Assembly (NCBI RefSeq): GCF_037042905.1
Contig: NC_087252.1
Location: 8,682,001 to 8,746,000, forward strand
Reading direction: 5' to 3'
DNA from: Lytechinus pictus
Lineage: Eukaryota
Length of the DNA stretch: 64,000 nucleotides
Below the pieces are notes generated by a model. That model was not told where the DNA came from. It ran no database searches and was given only the letters and a program-made list of their open reading frames with translations. Positions within the stretch are counted from its first letter, which is position 1. Each line of letters begins with the position of its first letter. A program made the position numbers and the translations under genes. Below are positions 1-13,500 of the stretch, piece after piece.

Positions 1-17
1 GGTAACTTCGCAATAGA

Positions 18-195
18 GGAGGCGCGGTAGCTCAGTCGATAAAGCGGGGGTTTCGGATTCCGGTGACCCGGGTTCGATTCCTACTTGGTGCGCTAGTGCC
101 CTTTGGTAAGGCATTAATCCTCATTACCAGGTCCCTCAGAGAAGACATTAAGCTGTCAGCCCTCTGGTTGCTTGCTTAATACAAGCATTGTAAAA
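18..195 (+). mobile_element. tRNA-derived SINE
   Basis: A-box TAGCTCAGTCGA and B-box GGTTCGATTCC followed by a non-tRNA body; second copy inverted at about 32545-32750. Confidence 0.8.
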
Positions 196-268
196 AAATC
201 ACTACCACCACTTGGTTGTCACACTGTGTTCACACAGTGGGACTCACTTCCAGCAGGGCTTGCATAAA

Positions 269-669
269 GGAAAATTGCCAACTCGTCCACTCACCACACG
301 GTCTACCTTCATTTAGTCTAATGCCATTCCGTCCATCAACATTTCGTCTAACAACCATTTGGTCCAGTAACCATTAAGTCCAATCATCATTTCGTCTAAT
401 CACCTTTCGTCTAATACCATTTCATCTGATAACCAGATGGTATAATAAATACCCATTTTCTTTTTATTAATTTTGAACAAACTTAAGTTTAATTTGACCA
501 TATGGTATACGGACTAAATGCCTATTGGACCAACTGGTTATTAGATGGAATGGCATTAGATTAAATGAAATTAGACCATGTGGTGAGTAGACAAACTGAT
601 GATAGACCAAATGGTAGTAGACGAGTTGGCAATTGGACGAAATGGCATTAGACGAATTGGAAACAAACC
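269..669. mobile_element. MITE with internal TTCGTCTA/TAGACGAA subrepeats
   Basis: Imperfect TIRs; flanks TTGCATAA repeated; related copy at 20968-21269. Confidence 0.7.
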
Positions 670-1393
670 TTGCATAATACATACATACACAAATCTTGTT
701 TTTATTTTTATTGTAACCACAGCTTCAAAGATAATGAAGTGAGGTAGTGTGAACAGTCTGTACTGTACAAAATCTCTCATCCATACATGACTTTACTAAA
801 GAAAATAAAAAGTGAATTTCATTACAGTTGACTGCTTTTTGACCTTGAATACTGAGATTGCAGTGCAGATAATGTTCTACGTGTATTGCCAGAATAAACA
901 AACAAACAGTAATTATACCTACATTTTGTATCCACGGCATCTTGTAGTACATTTTTAGATAATCTACTTGTACTTTCTGTGATGTATATTTGATTCAATA
1001 ATGAGTCAAACAGGATTAAATTGTCAACCTCTTTAAGGGATTCCATGACATTTGCTCTGGCGACAATTGCTACGATGTAAAATCTGCACTTAAAGTCAAA
1101 CATAAATCCAACCTCCAAAGCTAAATGGACCGTAATCTTTACATTGTTCGGGACCGAAAAGTATATTACAATCCTAACTATAACCCTACGCCCTCTGAGA
1201 TATCAAGACCGGAGCAAATGCCGCAGAAGAGCAAATTATGTTGTGTCACCCTTCAAGGTATTTGGCCAATAGAGCCTGTCTATAACACTTGAATATATTC
1301 CACATTGTAAATATTGCTTTTTTTCTCTTCTTGCTGTTTTTTAAACAAATATTCATGTTTATTATTTTTTGCCTTTTCTTTTCTCTCTTTCAG

Positions 1394-1523
1394 CAACAAT
1401 TGCAAGCGTATGTAGCGTGGGTGAACTCCCAGCTGAAGAAGAGAGCAGGATGTAGAATGGTGGAGGATCTCAGGAGGGACATGCAGGATGGGGTGGCCCT
1501 TGTTCATCTGGTAGAAATAGTTT
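1394..1523 (+). CDS. DIXDC1: DIXDC1 exon, CH domain part 1
   Basis: ctttcag|CAACAATTG...GTTT|gtaagt; [43 protein letters not shown]. Confidence 0.92.
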
Positions 1524-4500
1524 GTAAGTATTTGACTTTGAACCACAAGGTTTGGTTGTTCAAATCCCACCGCAGCACTTGCGTCCTTTGGCAAGGCGTT
1601 TATTGGCATTTGCCACTCCCCACCCAGGTGTAGTGTAATCTTGGTGTGCAGATTTTCAATAGGAGCATATGTAAATGAGAGCAGGTAGAGTAAAGGCAGA
1701 AGTACATCCCAATATCATATTGATAAAGAAAGATCTATCTACATGACTGTATACATGTAGTTATAAAAAGAAGAACCAGCCAAACAGTTTCATCGAAATC
1801 ACACAACAACAAAATACATGTAGGTCTTTAAAAGCGTTCTTGAAGAAATATGATGTTGACATCTGTGAAATTGGCAAACGTAGCTTAAAGGTCAAGTCCA
1901 TCCCAGAAAAATGCTGACTTAAATAAATAGAGAAAAATCAAACTAGCATAGTGCTGAAAATTTCATCAAAATCGGATGTAAAATAAGAAAGTTATGACAT
2001 TTTAAAGCTTCGCTTATTTTTTCACAAAACAGTGATATGCACAACTAGGTGAGTCAGTCGATGATGTCCATCACTCACTATTTCTTTTGTTTTTTATTGT
2101 TTGAATTATACAATATTCAAATTCAAATTCAATTTGGTTTTATTAAACAATACTCATCAAAAAGTCAGAAGACTAACAATGTGAGTTTACATTTTTTTTA
2201 AATTTCATTTTTTTATAGATTTGACATTAAGGACCAACTTGACTAGACCATATAGTATAATGCTAATTCCACATGTTCAGGGAGGAATTAATTGTTGCAT
2301 CACTTGACAATGAGGGGAAAATTAGAATATTTCATATAATAAAACACAAAATAAATAGTGAGTGGATGACGTCATAGTCTCCTCATTTGCATACCAGCCA
2401 GGATGTGCATATAACTGTTTTGTGAAATTAAGCGAAACTTTAAAATGTCATTACTTTCTTATTTACATCCAATTTTGATGAAATTTTCAGTGTTATGCTT
2501 GTTGGATTTTTCTATTTTTATTCAAATCAACTTTTTGTTGGGTTGGACTTGTCCTTTAATGAACCCTGATACTAACATCACACTTGTTTTTATTATATAG
2601 ACTGAGTATTAGTAGTCTATTTAAATGAAGTTGGTCTGTGTACCTTGAATGTCATGTATTGCAACTAAGGAAAGTGCATTGATTTAAAGATAAATACATC
2701 TTGTGGTAATGAGTTCAAACAGAATCTAATAAAATGACACCCAAGTGTTTGTATCTATAAATGACAAATCTGTGCCAAATGGCTCTGAAATAGTGTAATT
2801 GCTGAGAAATACGCACAAAATTCCATTTTAATGATTGGTATTTTTTCCGAACATTGCCCTTTTGTGAACTGTGATAAGTTTGTGTATTGGTCAGAATTAC
2901 CGGTTTTCAGCTAAGATTTCACGTCTTCACAAATATAAAGTTTATTTCAATAATTTATTCAAAATTTCAAAAAAAAAATTCAATTTCAGAACTAGATCTA
3001 TGATAATATGGTGGCATTTACCTTGATTTTAAAGACTTTCTCATGAAATAATTCTTTGACCTGTCATTTCACATGTTATCCCCCCTTTTTTACATGCAGC
3101 TGGAGAAGCCCTATCTCGTGTCGACTACAACCCGACATCTGCGACGGTGATGAGAGAGAATGTTGAACGTGTCCTACAATTCATGGCATCTAAGAGAATA
3201 CGGATGCATCATACCTCAGCTAAAGGTACGCCTTCAACTTTTTTGCCCGAATTCACAAAGGTGGTTTTTAAAACCATAGGTAGAACCCATGGTTTATGCA
3301 GATTTCCTGTACGAATTACACTTATTTACTGCGTATTTAGAAAAATATGTCCATTGCTGGTGCACGCTTTTGTCACAGTGAGGCATATTGACGCCTGTTG
3401 CCGTGGTTAATTACGCTATTTTATTCGTGAGTTTACTGTTTTGAATTAACGAGTCCACTCTTTAAACAGTGGACCCATGAATAAATAAGTGTACCATGGC
3501 AACAGGCGTGAAGCGATGAATAAGCATAAATCCGGTCGGTGAATCTGTTGTTCGGGGTGATCTATTGTTTCACCCCACCCCCCCCCCCCAATCATGATTT
3601 CTTGAAATCATTTGCAGACAGCCTAGATTCACAGTTGAGCATTAAGCAGGCCTTAGATTTTGATATTGGATGCAAGCCTAGTTTTTAAAAGCTTTGATAT
3701 TGAAGAAGATATACCATTGCTGCTTTTCATTCACAGATATTGTTGATGGCAACCTAAAATCCATAATGAGATTGATCCTCGCTTTAGCAGCTCATTACAA
3801 ACCAAGCAGCGTGAAGCAAGCATCCCAGGCCTCCCCTATGGGCGCCTCACCGGCCACACCGGGGACACCCAACTCCACCCCTCAGAGGAAAGGCCAACGA
3901 CAGCAGCCCTCGTTCACCGCCATGGCCGCCAATGCTGCCGCGGCCATCCACGACGCGAGAAAAGAAGCGGCCGGAGCGGGCGGTTCATTGAGGAGGTACA
4001 AGGACATGACGCCGACCCATAAGCAAGGGTATGATCCAATGTTACGTGATGCCTTGTGTTTGTTGCGATTTAAGGGACTGCATGTGGATATTAAAACCTA
4101 ACCAATTCCATACCAACTTCTCTTTTAAGGATAAATTATTTTCTTTTAATGCGACTCTGGCCTAAAGGCTGAATGAGGCATAGAGTGCCCCACAGAATAA
4201 ATTAATTATCATAGACAACCTGATGAGACTGTGATATGTGGATATGGATGCCATTAGACACTATTACAATTCATGCCAAGTACATTCTCAAATGTTTTAC
4301 TTCAATGGTCAAATGTTGTCAGTTTTTGCAAAAAGCCCAGAGGTTCAATTTGGTTTTCCTCTTGTTTCCTTTGGGGACTGATTGATGCATTTCCCATGCC
4401 TGTGGGAATAACAAAAATCAATATTCAATTGGTTTAACTGAAAAATTCACTGCTGGTTAACATGATCAGTTCTATGAATTTGGATTGCACTGCCAAAGTA

Positions 4501-7500
4501 TATTAAACCCTTTAACTGTTGATTTTTCTATTGGAGATAACTCCCTTAGTATTGCCAGTATGTTAAATTTAATTAATTCGTGAAATTAGTTGTACATGTA
4601 TGCCAGTTTTTGTAATTTTGATTACTTTGCCCAAGTCACCTTACACATTTGAATGTTTTGGCACATTATTTTTTTGTAGCACATTTGTTTGCCTTTTGTT
4701 AGCAGTATGCACTAGCATTTTGAATTAATATTAACTTTTTTATTATATTTCACTGTGAAATCGTTGTAAAAATGTTGTAGAGTCATACAAAAAGCAACTT
4801 CATTTCAAATTCGCACTCAATGAAAAGAACAAGAAAAGTTTCATGATAATCAAATTCTTGCCAAAAATGGACAGCATTTATTTTAATAACAATGTTGATT
4901 GCATGGTAGTATGATGAAAATAGTAATTATGACGATGGTAATTTATATCATTCTAAAGGAAAATGATAAAGTTGATAATACCCGTGATAAGATAAATCAT
5001 AACTGTGATAACATTATTGATAATCATCAATTATGATGATTGACAGTATTATAATGATATAAATAGTAGTAAATAAATAGCAATAAATCAAATAACATAT
5101 TAATTATTTTCCTTTTTTATGCAAAATTTTGAGGAACCAAAAATGCCCTAGGCAACTTTTTATGAGGAAAAACAAATTATATGAACACCTAAAGCAAATA
5201 TGTGTATTAATGCAACAGATTGATTCAATGATATTAAGCAAAGATGAGAGGATATTCTTTCTTTACTGATCAATTTATACATTTTCTTAGAAAACTCCCC
5301 TAAGGAGTACATTTTTAAAAACAATTATTATTTCTAACCCGAGTGTCTAATGCGTGTTTCTTTTGTTTTTGTTTCTTTTTCTTTTCACATCCCACCCCTG
5401 TTCCTCACATACTAATCCCTTTGTTCCCTTGTCCAATATTTGATCTTCTCATTTCTAAATTTTTACCCTTATACCCATAAATACCATCTAAATTACAATT
5501 AATTCAATGTCTTATAATGTAAATATTTGATATTGACCATTTAATTGCCTGACTACTTATAATTATAATTGACAATTAATAAACTATCAAATTTCTTGTT
5601 CATTTGGAAAACAAATATTTGATACTGTATTTCAATATTCCTTAATTCAACAAAATTTCAAGAAAATATATTGTTGTACTTGATGATTTATAACATTAAA
5701 TTTTGCATGGCGTTGGGGTTCTGTTTTTTTTTCAATTCAAACTTGAATGTAATATGCATTAAACAAAAAAAAACTTGTTTTCACTTGAACATACTCACAA
5801 AATCAAATGGGTTCAATTTCACATGGCCTTTCTTCAATTCAAATTTGAATGTGATCTGCATGAAAACAATACTTTCTGTTGACTTGAAAATGCTCACAAA
5901 AAATGGAATTGGTCAAAATGTGTTGATGCTCACAAAAAATGAATACATCAAAATTGTTGAAATGCTCACAAATTGTAAATGGGTCCAAATATATTTATTG
6001 TGTGTGGAATGGTTCCCAATGATAGGTCCTCAAACCACCATGCAATCTCCCCCTCCCCTCTCCATGGTAGCCCCCACCCTGGGGCGCATCATACAGGGAT
6101 GGGGACCCTCTATCCCAGCACGCACCACTCCTATCACCACTACTCTCCGACCACCTCAACGACCCATGACTACCAACACAGAGTGTTGCCAAGGTACTAT
6201 TAAACCGGATGGTTATGATGATAGTTATGAGTTACAATATGATTTTGTCATTATTGTTTTATTGGTTGTTGAATTGCATTGTGGGACGTCAGTACTAGTC
6301 TACTGTCACAGACCCTATTGGTTCAATGTCAAATAAATTGTTTTTTTGTTTTTTTTTATATGTTTTGTGGCAAGATCAAATGGTTTGTTATATGCATTTA
6401 GTCTTTTTTAGAGAGTGTCAGGTTCTGAGATCAGCAAGAATTTCATTCACATTTTGCCGCCCATGACGCAGGTCAAGTATTGGATACTGGGGGTTCTAGT
6501 GTGGGTTTTCCCCAAAAAGTGTTGGATTTGCTTGTGCTATTAAGATCCAGGAAAGTGCCCAGCAAACTTCAATATGTGTTATTTATTAAGTTATCCCATG
6601 ATGAGCTCAGAATCCAGTAGTCAACATTTTTAGCCAGGAACCCTGTTTCTTATTAAAATCTGGTTTTTGTTATAACCATTGAAGCAACTTAATAACAAAT
6701 CCCATTCGTCCTCTTTATCTTCAGCTTTTAGTACTGGGAGAGGTAACACTTTGGATAATCATACTTTCATTTAAAGTATTTGTTGATCGCATTTGAGGTA
6801 CAAACACAGGTGGGTGTTTCATAAAGCTGTTCGTAAGTTAAGAGCGACTTTAAGAACGACTGGTGATCCTTTCTTGTGGTACATGGTATTGAATTGGCGA
6901 TGGTTTAGTGCTTAAGAAGGGTTCACCAGTCGTTCTTAAAGTCGCTCTTAACTTAAGAACAGCTTTATGGAACGGTCCCCAGTTCTGTTTGAGTAAAATC
7001 AGTTCAGGAATGGCTAAAATAATACAGTTTTGTGCCAGGGTCTACAAAACTAAAGTGAGGAATCACTGATACATCTTTTCCTGCAAATGTGTGTGTGGTC
7101 CATTAACAGTGGTGCTCAATTGTTAGTGAACCCCACCAGAAAATGAACTTATTTAAAGTGTTCAAGTTCTGCCATGTTTTTAGATATTTAATTGTGAAAT
7201 CAGATGATAGAATATTACATTCAATAAAATTTGTTTCTCTGAGTTTGCCGAGCGTTGTTATGTTGTTGTCTACCTTCAGCACGAAGGAGTGCAGTTTGTG
7301 GTAGAGTTCACTAACTTCTGAGCACAACTGTATCTGTAAACTTAACCACTGATGATTAAAATTTAAATCATTTTAATCTTGCGTAGCATATGCTTGTAGA
7401 CTTTACCATTGATGTTCGAAATTTAAATTATTGAATCTTGCATAGTATATACATGTAGTTCTGAGATGTTTTAAATGTTAGTGTGAGTCAGAGAAGGCTA

Positions 7501-10500
7501 AAGATTATGGCCCGTATTCTGAAGTCAGGTTTAACTTAGACTCAGGTTTAAAGTTGTGGTTTAAGTATGGGAAGCCAAAAGTATCAAATTTTTTATTAAG
7601 TTGTACGTTTATTATGTTTACTGTGCTCTTTCCTGATTCATCGATGGTGAAGACAATAATCTATATATACTTCCTAAACAATTATGAATGATTTGAGAGC
7701 CAAATGAGCTGAAATATGATATCTCTACCGTTAGTGATTTATGTAGCAATTGGCTGTCCATACTTAAACCACAACTTTAAACCTGAGTTTAAGTTAAACC
7801 CGACTTCAGAATACGGGTCACTGTATTTATATCCATTTAATTTTGACATTCTAATATTGATTTTTCTCCTACAGAGGTGATTCTGGTGACTATCCAGAGG
7901 GTCCAAGAACAACCGGGGCTAGTAGCCCCCTACCGCCTACAGCCATGGCCCCTTCCCCTAATACAACCTCAGCCTCGGCCAGCCCTATGGTCAGCAGGAC
8001 AGGTCAGCATGACCTTAGGAGAGCAATGAGCCCAAGACAACAGATGAATCTTGCTCATGCGTCAGACTCGGATCAAGGTATGATGCACACACCTGTTCCA
8101 TCAATGGAACATTCCATGATGAGTAAAGGCTCCATGTGTTTTTGTATCGGTGTAGGGTCTTTCCATGTGTTTCAAGGGGTGTTGTCTTTACTATCATGGA
8201 TTAGATTAAGTAATGAAACACACCCCCCTGTTCCATCAATGGAACATTCCTTTACGAGTAAAGATGTGTATGTGTAGGGTCTTTCCATTTGTTTCAAGGG
8301 GTCTTACAAGTCTTCTCTCATAGACTTAGACTAGAATATGAAATACACCCCTGTTCTATCAATAGAACATTCCATTATGAGTCAAATATGGGTTTTAATG
8401 TAGTAGTCCGGTCTGTTAGCGTCAAAAACACCCTACTTGTGGACACGGTGGACAAAAGCATGATTTTTTCTCCAGACCTTTGTTTATGTATGAGAATTAA
8501 AAATGGGGTATGCTCCAAAAAATCTGGCTGCAGGAACAGTGAAAAAATGGGTGAAAATGTCAGAATTTATGAGTTTAGATTGGTCTGATATATAGACTAG
8601 CGCTAGTGCAAAACTCAATAGCAGTGCATTATTTTGCCTTGGTTTAGTTCTTAAATTCAGACCCTTTTTGAACAGATATTCTGTTTGTCCTCACATCTCA
8701 ATGCACTAAATATCTGAATGCAGATGCTAAACAAGCCGAAGGATGGTGGTGGAGGGGGTTGAATGTTGGTGTGTATGTACATATTTTGGTCTTGGGGTAA
8801 AGATGTGCAATACACATTTTTTGCATGTGTTGGAAATTGTGTTGCCATGGTAACAGTGTATTATGGCAAAAATAAGGTACAAATCTTGCAGTTAGAACTA
8901 CTTCCTCTGTTTTCATCAGATTCTCATGAAATTTGGCACACACATTGGTCTTGAGGTGAAGATGTCTAAGACACATTTTTGTGTGTCTTTCGGAAATTTT
9001 GTTGCCATGGTAACAACACAACATTTGGTGAAAATTGGGAAAAAACCTTACAATTCAAACTGCTTCATCAGTTTTAAATCAATTCTCATGAAATTTGGCA
9101 CACACATTGGTATTAAAGTAAAGATGTACAAGGCATTTTTTGTGTGTGTTTCAGAAATTGTGTTGCCATGGTAACAACATATTATATGACAAAATTTAGG
9201 TAAAAACCTTGCAATTTGAACTACTTCATCAGTTTCAAACCAATTCTCATGCATGAAATATGGCTCACACATTGGCCTTGAGATAAAGATGTGCAAGAAC
9301 CTTTTTTTTTTTTGCATTTGTCAGAGAGTGCATTGCCTTGATAACCACATATAGCCAGAAATGCAGGGAAAACTCACCAATTGTGGATCAATCTACTTCT
9401 CTGTTTTCAGCCTGTGCTCAGAAAAGTTTACACAAATATTAATTTTGGGTAAAGATTCATATTCAGTGTTAAAGGGAAATGCAGCCTTGGTCATAAAACA
9501 TGTAAAATGTTGTGTGGAAAAGGAGAAAAATAAGAATGTTGAAAGTTTGAAAGCAATCGGATAAGCAAAATAAAGTTATGGCTGCTTTAAAATTAAGATC
9601 CCTAAGGCTACTAGTATGTAGATTTCAAATTGACAATGGGTAAGTAAATTATGACAATGGGCGAGGCTGCAAGGACAACTTTCCCAATGGCCTTGTACTT
9701 TGATTTTTGGTTTTCTCCTAAATTCCATTGGGGCCGTAATATAAACCTGTTAGTATAATGTTTTATGTCCTCATGAAAGAAAGATACAATTTGAAGTAAA
9801 ACTTTTGAAAAAGACATTTTAGTCCATTAATTATTTCTGTACATGGAAGAGTGGTCCTTCCCTTACATCATTATGACATCACATATGCGGCCAATTTGAA
9901 GTCTTCATGGGTATATAGTGATTACCAATGTTTACAACTTTTATATATTCACAACTTTCTTATGGTTTGTCCGATATTGTTCAAACTTTGACCTATTGTC
10001 TGATTTTTCCTTTTCCTCTAAAAACAAATGTTTATTTGGGTTGGATTCCCCTTTAACATCATAAGATAGCGCAGGGTATTCATGGTATTAATCACCTTAA
10101 ATAATATTTATAGGTTCTTTTTTTTTGGGGGGGGGGGGCGGAGGAGGTCCTTAAAAACTGACAACATAAAAATATAGAAGGTTAAAGGCCATGGCCATTA
10201 GGAACTTAAACACTCTTAAAGAAAGCACCCCTTCCATTTTTTTTTTTGGGGGGGGGGCTTTAGAAAATTGCCACATAAAGAGTAAAAAGAAATAATTACA
10301 ACTAGGAACTGACCCCCCCCCCAAAAAAAAAAGGGGGGGGAGAAAAATCCTTTACACTTCAGCGTATTAATTTAAAGCCTAAAACATTCTGGTTTTGATA
10401 AAAGATCATTTCCGGTGCCCAATTAATCAACGTTTTATTTATCTCCTACTCAGTATTTGTTCATTTCAGTTCTTACTCTGACTTTCTTACATCACTTTTT

Positions 10501-13500
10501 GCACTTCTTGCACTTTAGAGCTTTACCATACTTTCTTGTTTTGTTTCCTCTCCCCCCCCCCCTCTTTTCTCCCTCTCTAAGTACATTTTTCTTTGCTATT
10601 GAAGAAATGGCTGTCATGATATTATATTTTGGTAAAGGTGCATCAAATTCATAGTTGCAGCATTCAGAATGGAATAACTGTTGCTTTAAAAAAAATGGAT
10701 TTAGTTGTTTTCCGAAAATCCTCTGTGAAAATTTTAGTTATATCACTGAGTTTTCCCATTCCTGCAGTTACCACCATCTGAAAGGGATATGACTAGAATA
10801 TATGTAGAGAAATAAAAGTAATCATTTGCTCAATGAGCAGTGAATACGTTCGTCCTTACTCCAATGGAAAATTATTTGCATTTTTTGTGACAGTCAGATC
10901 TTGCATCCAACAATTTTGCTACTGAAACATAATATTCATTTTTTGACAATTGGAGATGTAGGATGTATAAAGCAGGGGCTGTCACAGAAATATACTGAAA
11001 AAATTAAATGAAAGAAAATAGAAGGCAAAAATTTATTGTGCACATATGCATATTTTTGATATGGTATGTTATTGAGTCATGGATTTGCAAGTGAATTTCT
11101 AAAACAAGTGCAGAGATTTTTGTATATATATATTTCTATAATTAGTTGCATGATTAAAGGTACACTTTATAAAATGTCAGAGAAAATATACTTGGAGAGA
11201 TAGAGGGTAAAAAAAGGAGAGAGGAAACATTAGATGGTATGGTGAAGCTCAAAATCAAGAGTGATGTGATATAGTTCAAAAGAAAGAGTAGGAATGGAAT
11301 ATGAATAAAAGACTGAGTAGGAGAATATACATAAACAATGATTAATTGGCTACTGTAAACAATTTTTTACCAAAGCAGAATACATTAAACATCAAATGAA
11401 CGGTCTGAACTCTGAAGTGCAAATGACTCTTCTTACCTTTTAATGGGGGGGGGGGGGCATTTTTCAGCCCCCTATTTTTTCAGGGGGGGGTTAAGTTCCT
11501 AGTCATAATCCTTTAACTTTAACTTTTATGAGGTCATTTTTTAAAGACCCCCCCCCCCTCCCCCCCCAAAAAAGGGAGTAATGTCTCGCTTTAAAATACA
11601 AAGACCCCTGAGGGGCAAAGGCGTAGACTGGTTGAGCATGGGGAGATAGAAGTGGTATGGGGAGGGGTGCACATCTTGGGGAGGTGGAACTAAGGTTTGG
11701 AAAATCAGCCGTTGAAAGTAAAAGGGGTACACATTTTGTTTTGCTTGCCAGTGTTGGAACTCCTTTGCCACAGCGGAAGGTTTCACATTCAGTGATTCAC
11801 CCAGTGTACCCCCAGCCTATGCCCTTGAGGGGATGCTTATTTCAAGAGTGTTAATGGACACCGCCTTTAACCTTTATTTTGATGTCAGATTTTAAGGACC
11901 AATCCCGCTCCTCCCCCAAAACCTAGAAATATTACTGAAAGTGACTCATATATTTTAATGCAGTTTAGAATTTCATATGAATCTTTACCCAAAGATGAAT
12001 ATTTCTTCCAACTTTTATGAGCACTGACTAAAAAAAGGGGAAGTCGTTTGATCCACAATGAGTTTTCCTGCATTTCTGGCTATCATATGTGGTTACCATG
12101 GCAATATACTCTCTGACAAATGCACACAAAAAATGGTTCCTGCACATCTTTACCTCAAGGCAAATGTATGAGCCAAATTTCATGAGAAATGGTTCAAAAC
12201 TGATGAAGTTCTTCAAATTGCAAGGTTTTTACCTAAATTTTGCCATATAATATGTTGTTACCATGGCAACACAATTTCTGAAACACATACAAAAAGTGCC
12301 TTGTACATCTTTACTCTAATACCAATGTGTGTGTCAAATTTCATGAGAATTGATTTAAAACTGATGAAGCAGTTTGAATTGTAATTTTTTCCCCAATTTT
12401 CACCAAATAATATGTTGTTACCATGGCAACAAGATTTTTGAAAGACACACAAAATGTGTCTTAGACATCTTCACCTCAAGACCAATGTGTGTGCCAAATA
12501 TCATGAGAATCGGATGACAACAGAGGAAGTTGTTCTAACTGCAAGATTTGTACCTTATTTTTGCCATAATACACTGTTACCATGGCAACACAATTTCCAA
12601 CACATGCAAAAAATGTGTCTTGCACATCTTTACCCCAAGACCAAAATATGTACATACACACCAACATTCAACCCCCTCCATCACCACCCTTCGGCTTGTT
12701 TAGCATCTGCATTCAGATATTTAGTGCATTGAGATGTGAGGACAAACAGAATATCTGTTCAAAAAGGGTCTGAATTCAAGAACTAAACCAATGCAAAATA
12801 ATGCACTGCTATTGAGTTTTGCACTAGCGCTAGTCTATATATCAGACCAATCTAAACTCATAAATTTTGACATTTTCACCCATTTTTTCACTGTTCCTGC
12901 AGCCAGATTTTTTGGAGCATACCCCATTTTTAATTCTCATACATAAACAAAGGTCTGGAGAAAAAATCATGCTTTTGTCCACCGTGTCCACATAATTCCG
13001 CTAACAGACCAGACTATAGGGTCTCCCCATTTGTTTCAAGGGGTGATATGTTTTCTGTATTAAAGGTGAATAATATTTAAATCCATTTTTTGTCATCTTA
13101 AAGGCAAATGGAGAAGTGTTGTAAGAGAGTACTTTTTGTGGTTTCTCTAAAACTTAGGTTAATTTTTATTTTATTTTACTTTTTTTGTTCAGAGACAGAA
13201 ACCTACCTGAATAATAGAGCTTGAGTCTGATATCAGTAACTAATTTTTTTTCAGAAGTTTTAATACTTTTTGGAAGCACGGATGAGCGGATTAATTCCTA
13301 CACAATTTTAAAAAGTAATTTCTAATGTGACATTCTGACCCAACAGGAAGTGCAGGTGAAGATGGCGGTCCCCATTCGCTTCCTAGTTCACGGAGGTCAT
13401 CTATCTGCCTGAGTGAAGCATTGATAGAAGAACAAGCGCTAATGGGAGATAACATTGAAGATACTAAGAAGTTACTACAAAGTTTACAGGAGCTGGTATG

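Noticed and set aside
18..95. tRNA gene
   Set aside because: A and B boxes are present, but the sequence continues into a body shared with a dispersed second copy, so it is a SINE head.
8657..12773. Mirror-image ORF pairs (e.g. 8698-9024 and 12454-12732)
   Set aside because: Products of the terminal inverted repeats; no transposase motifs.
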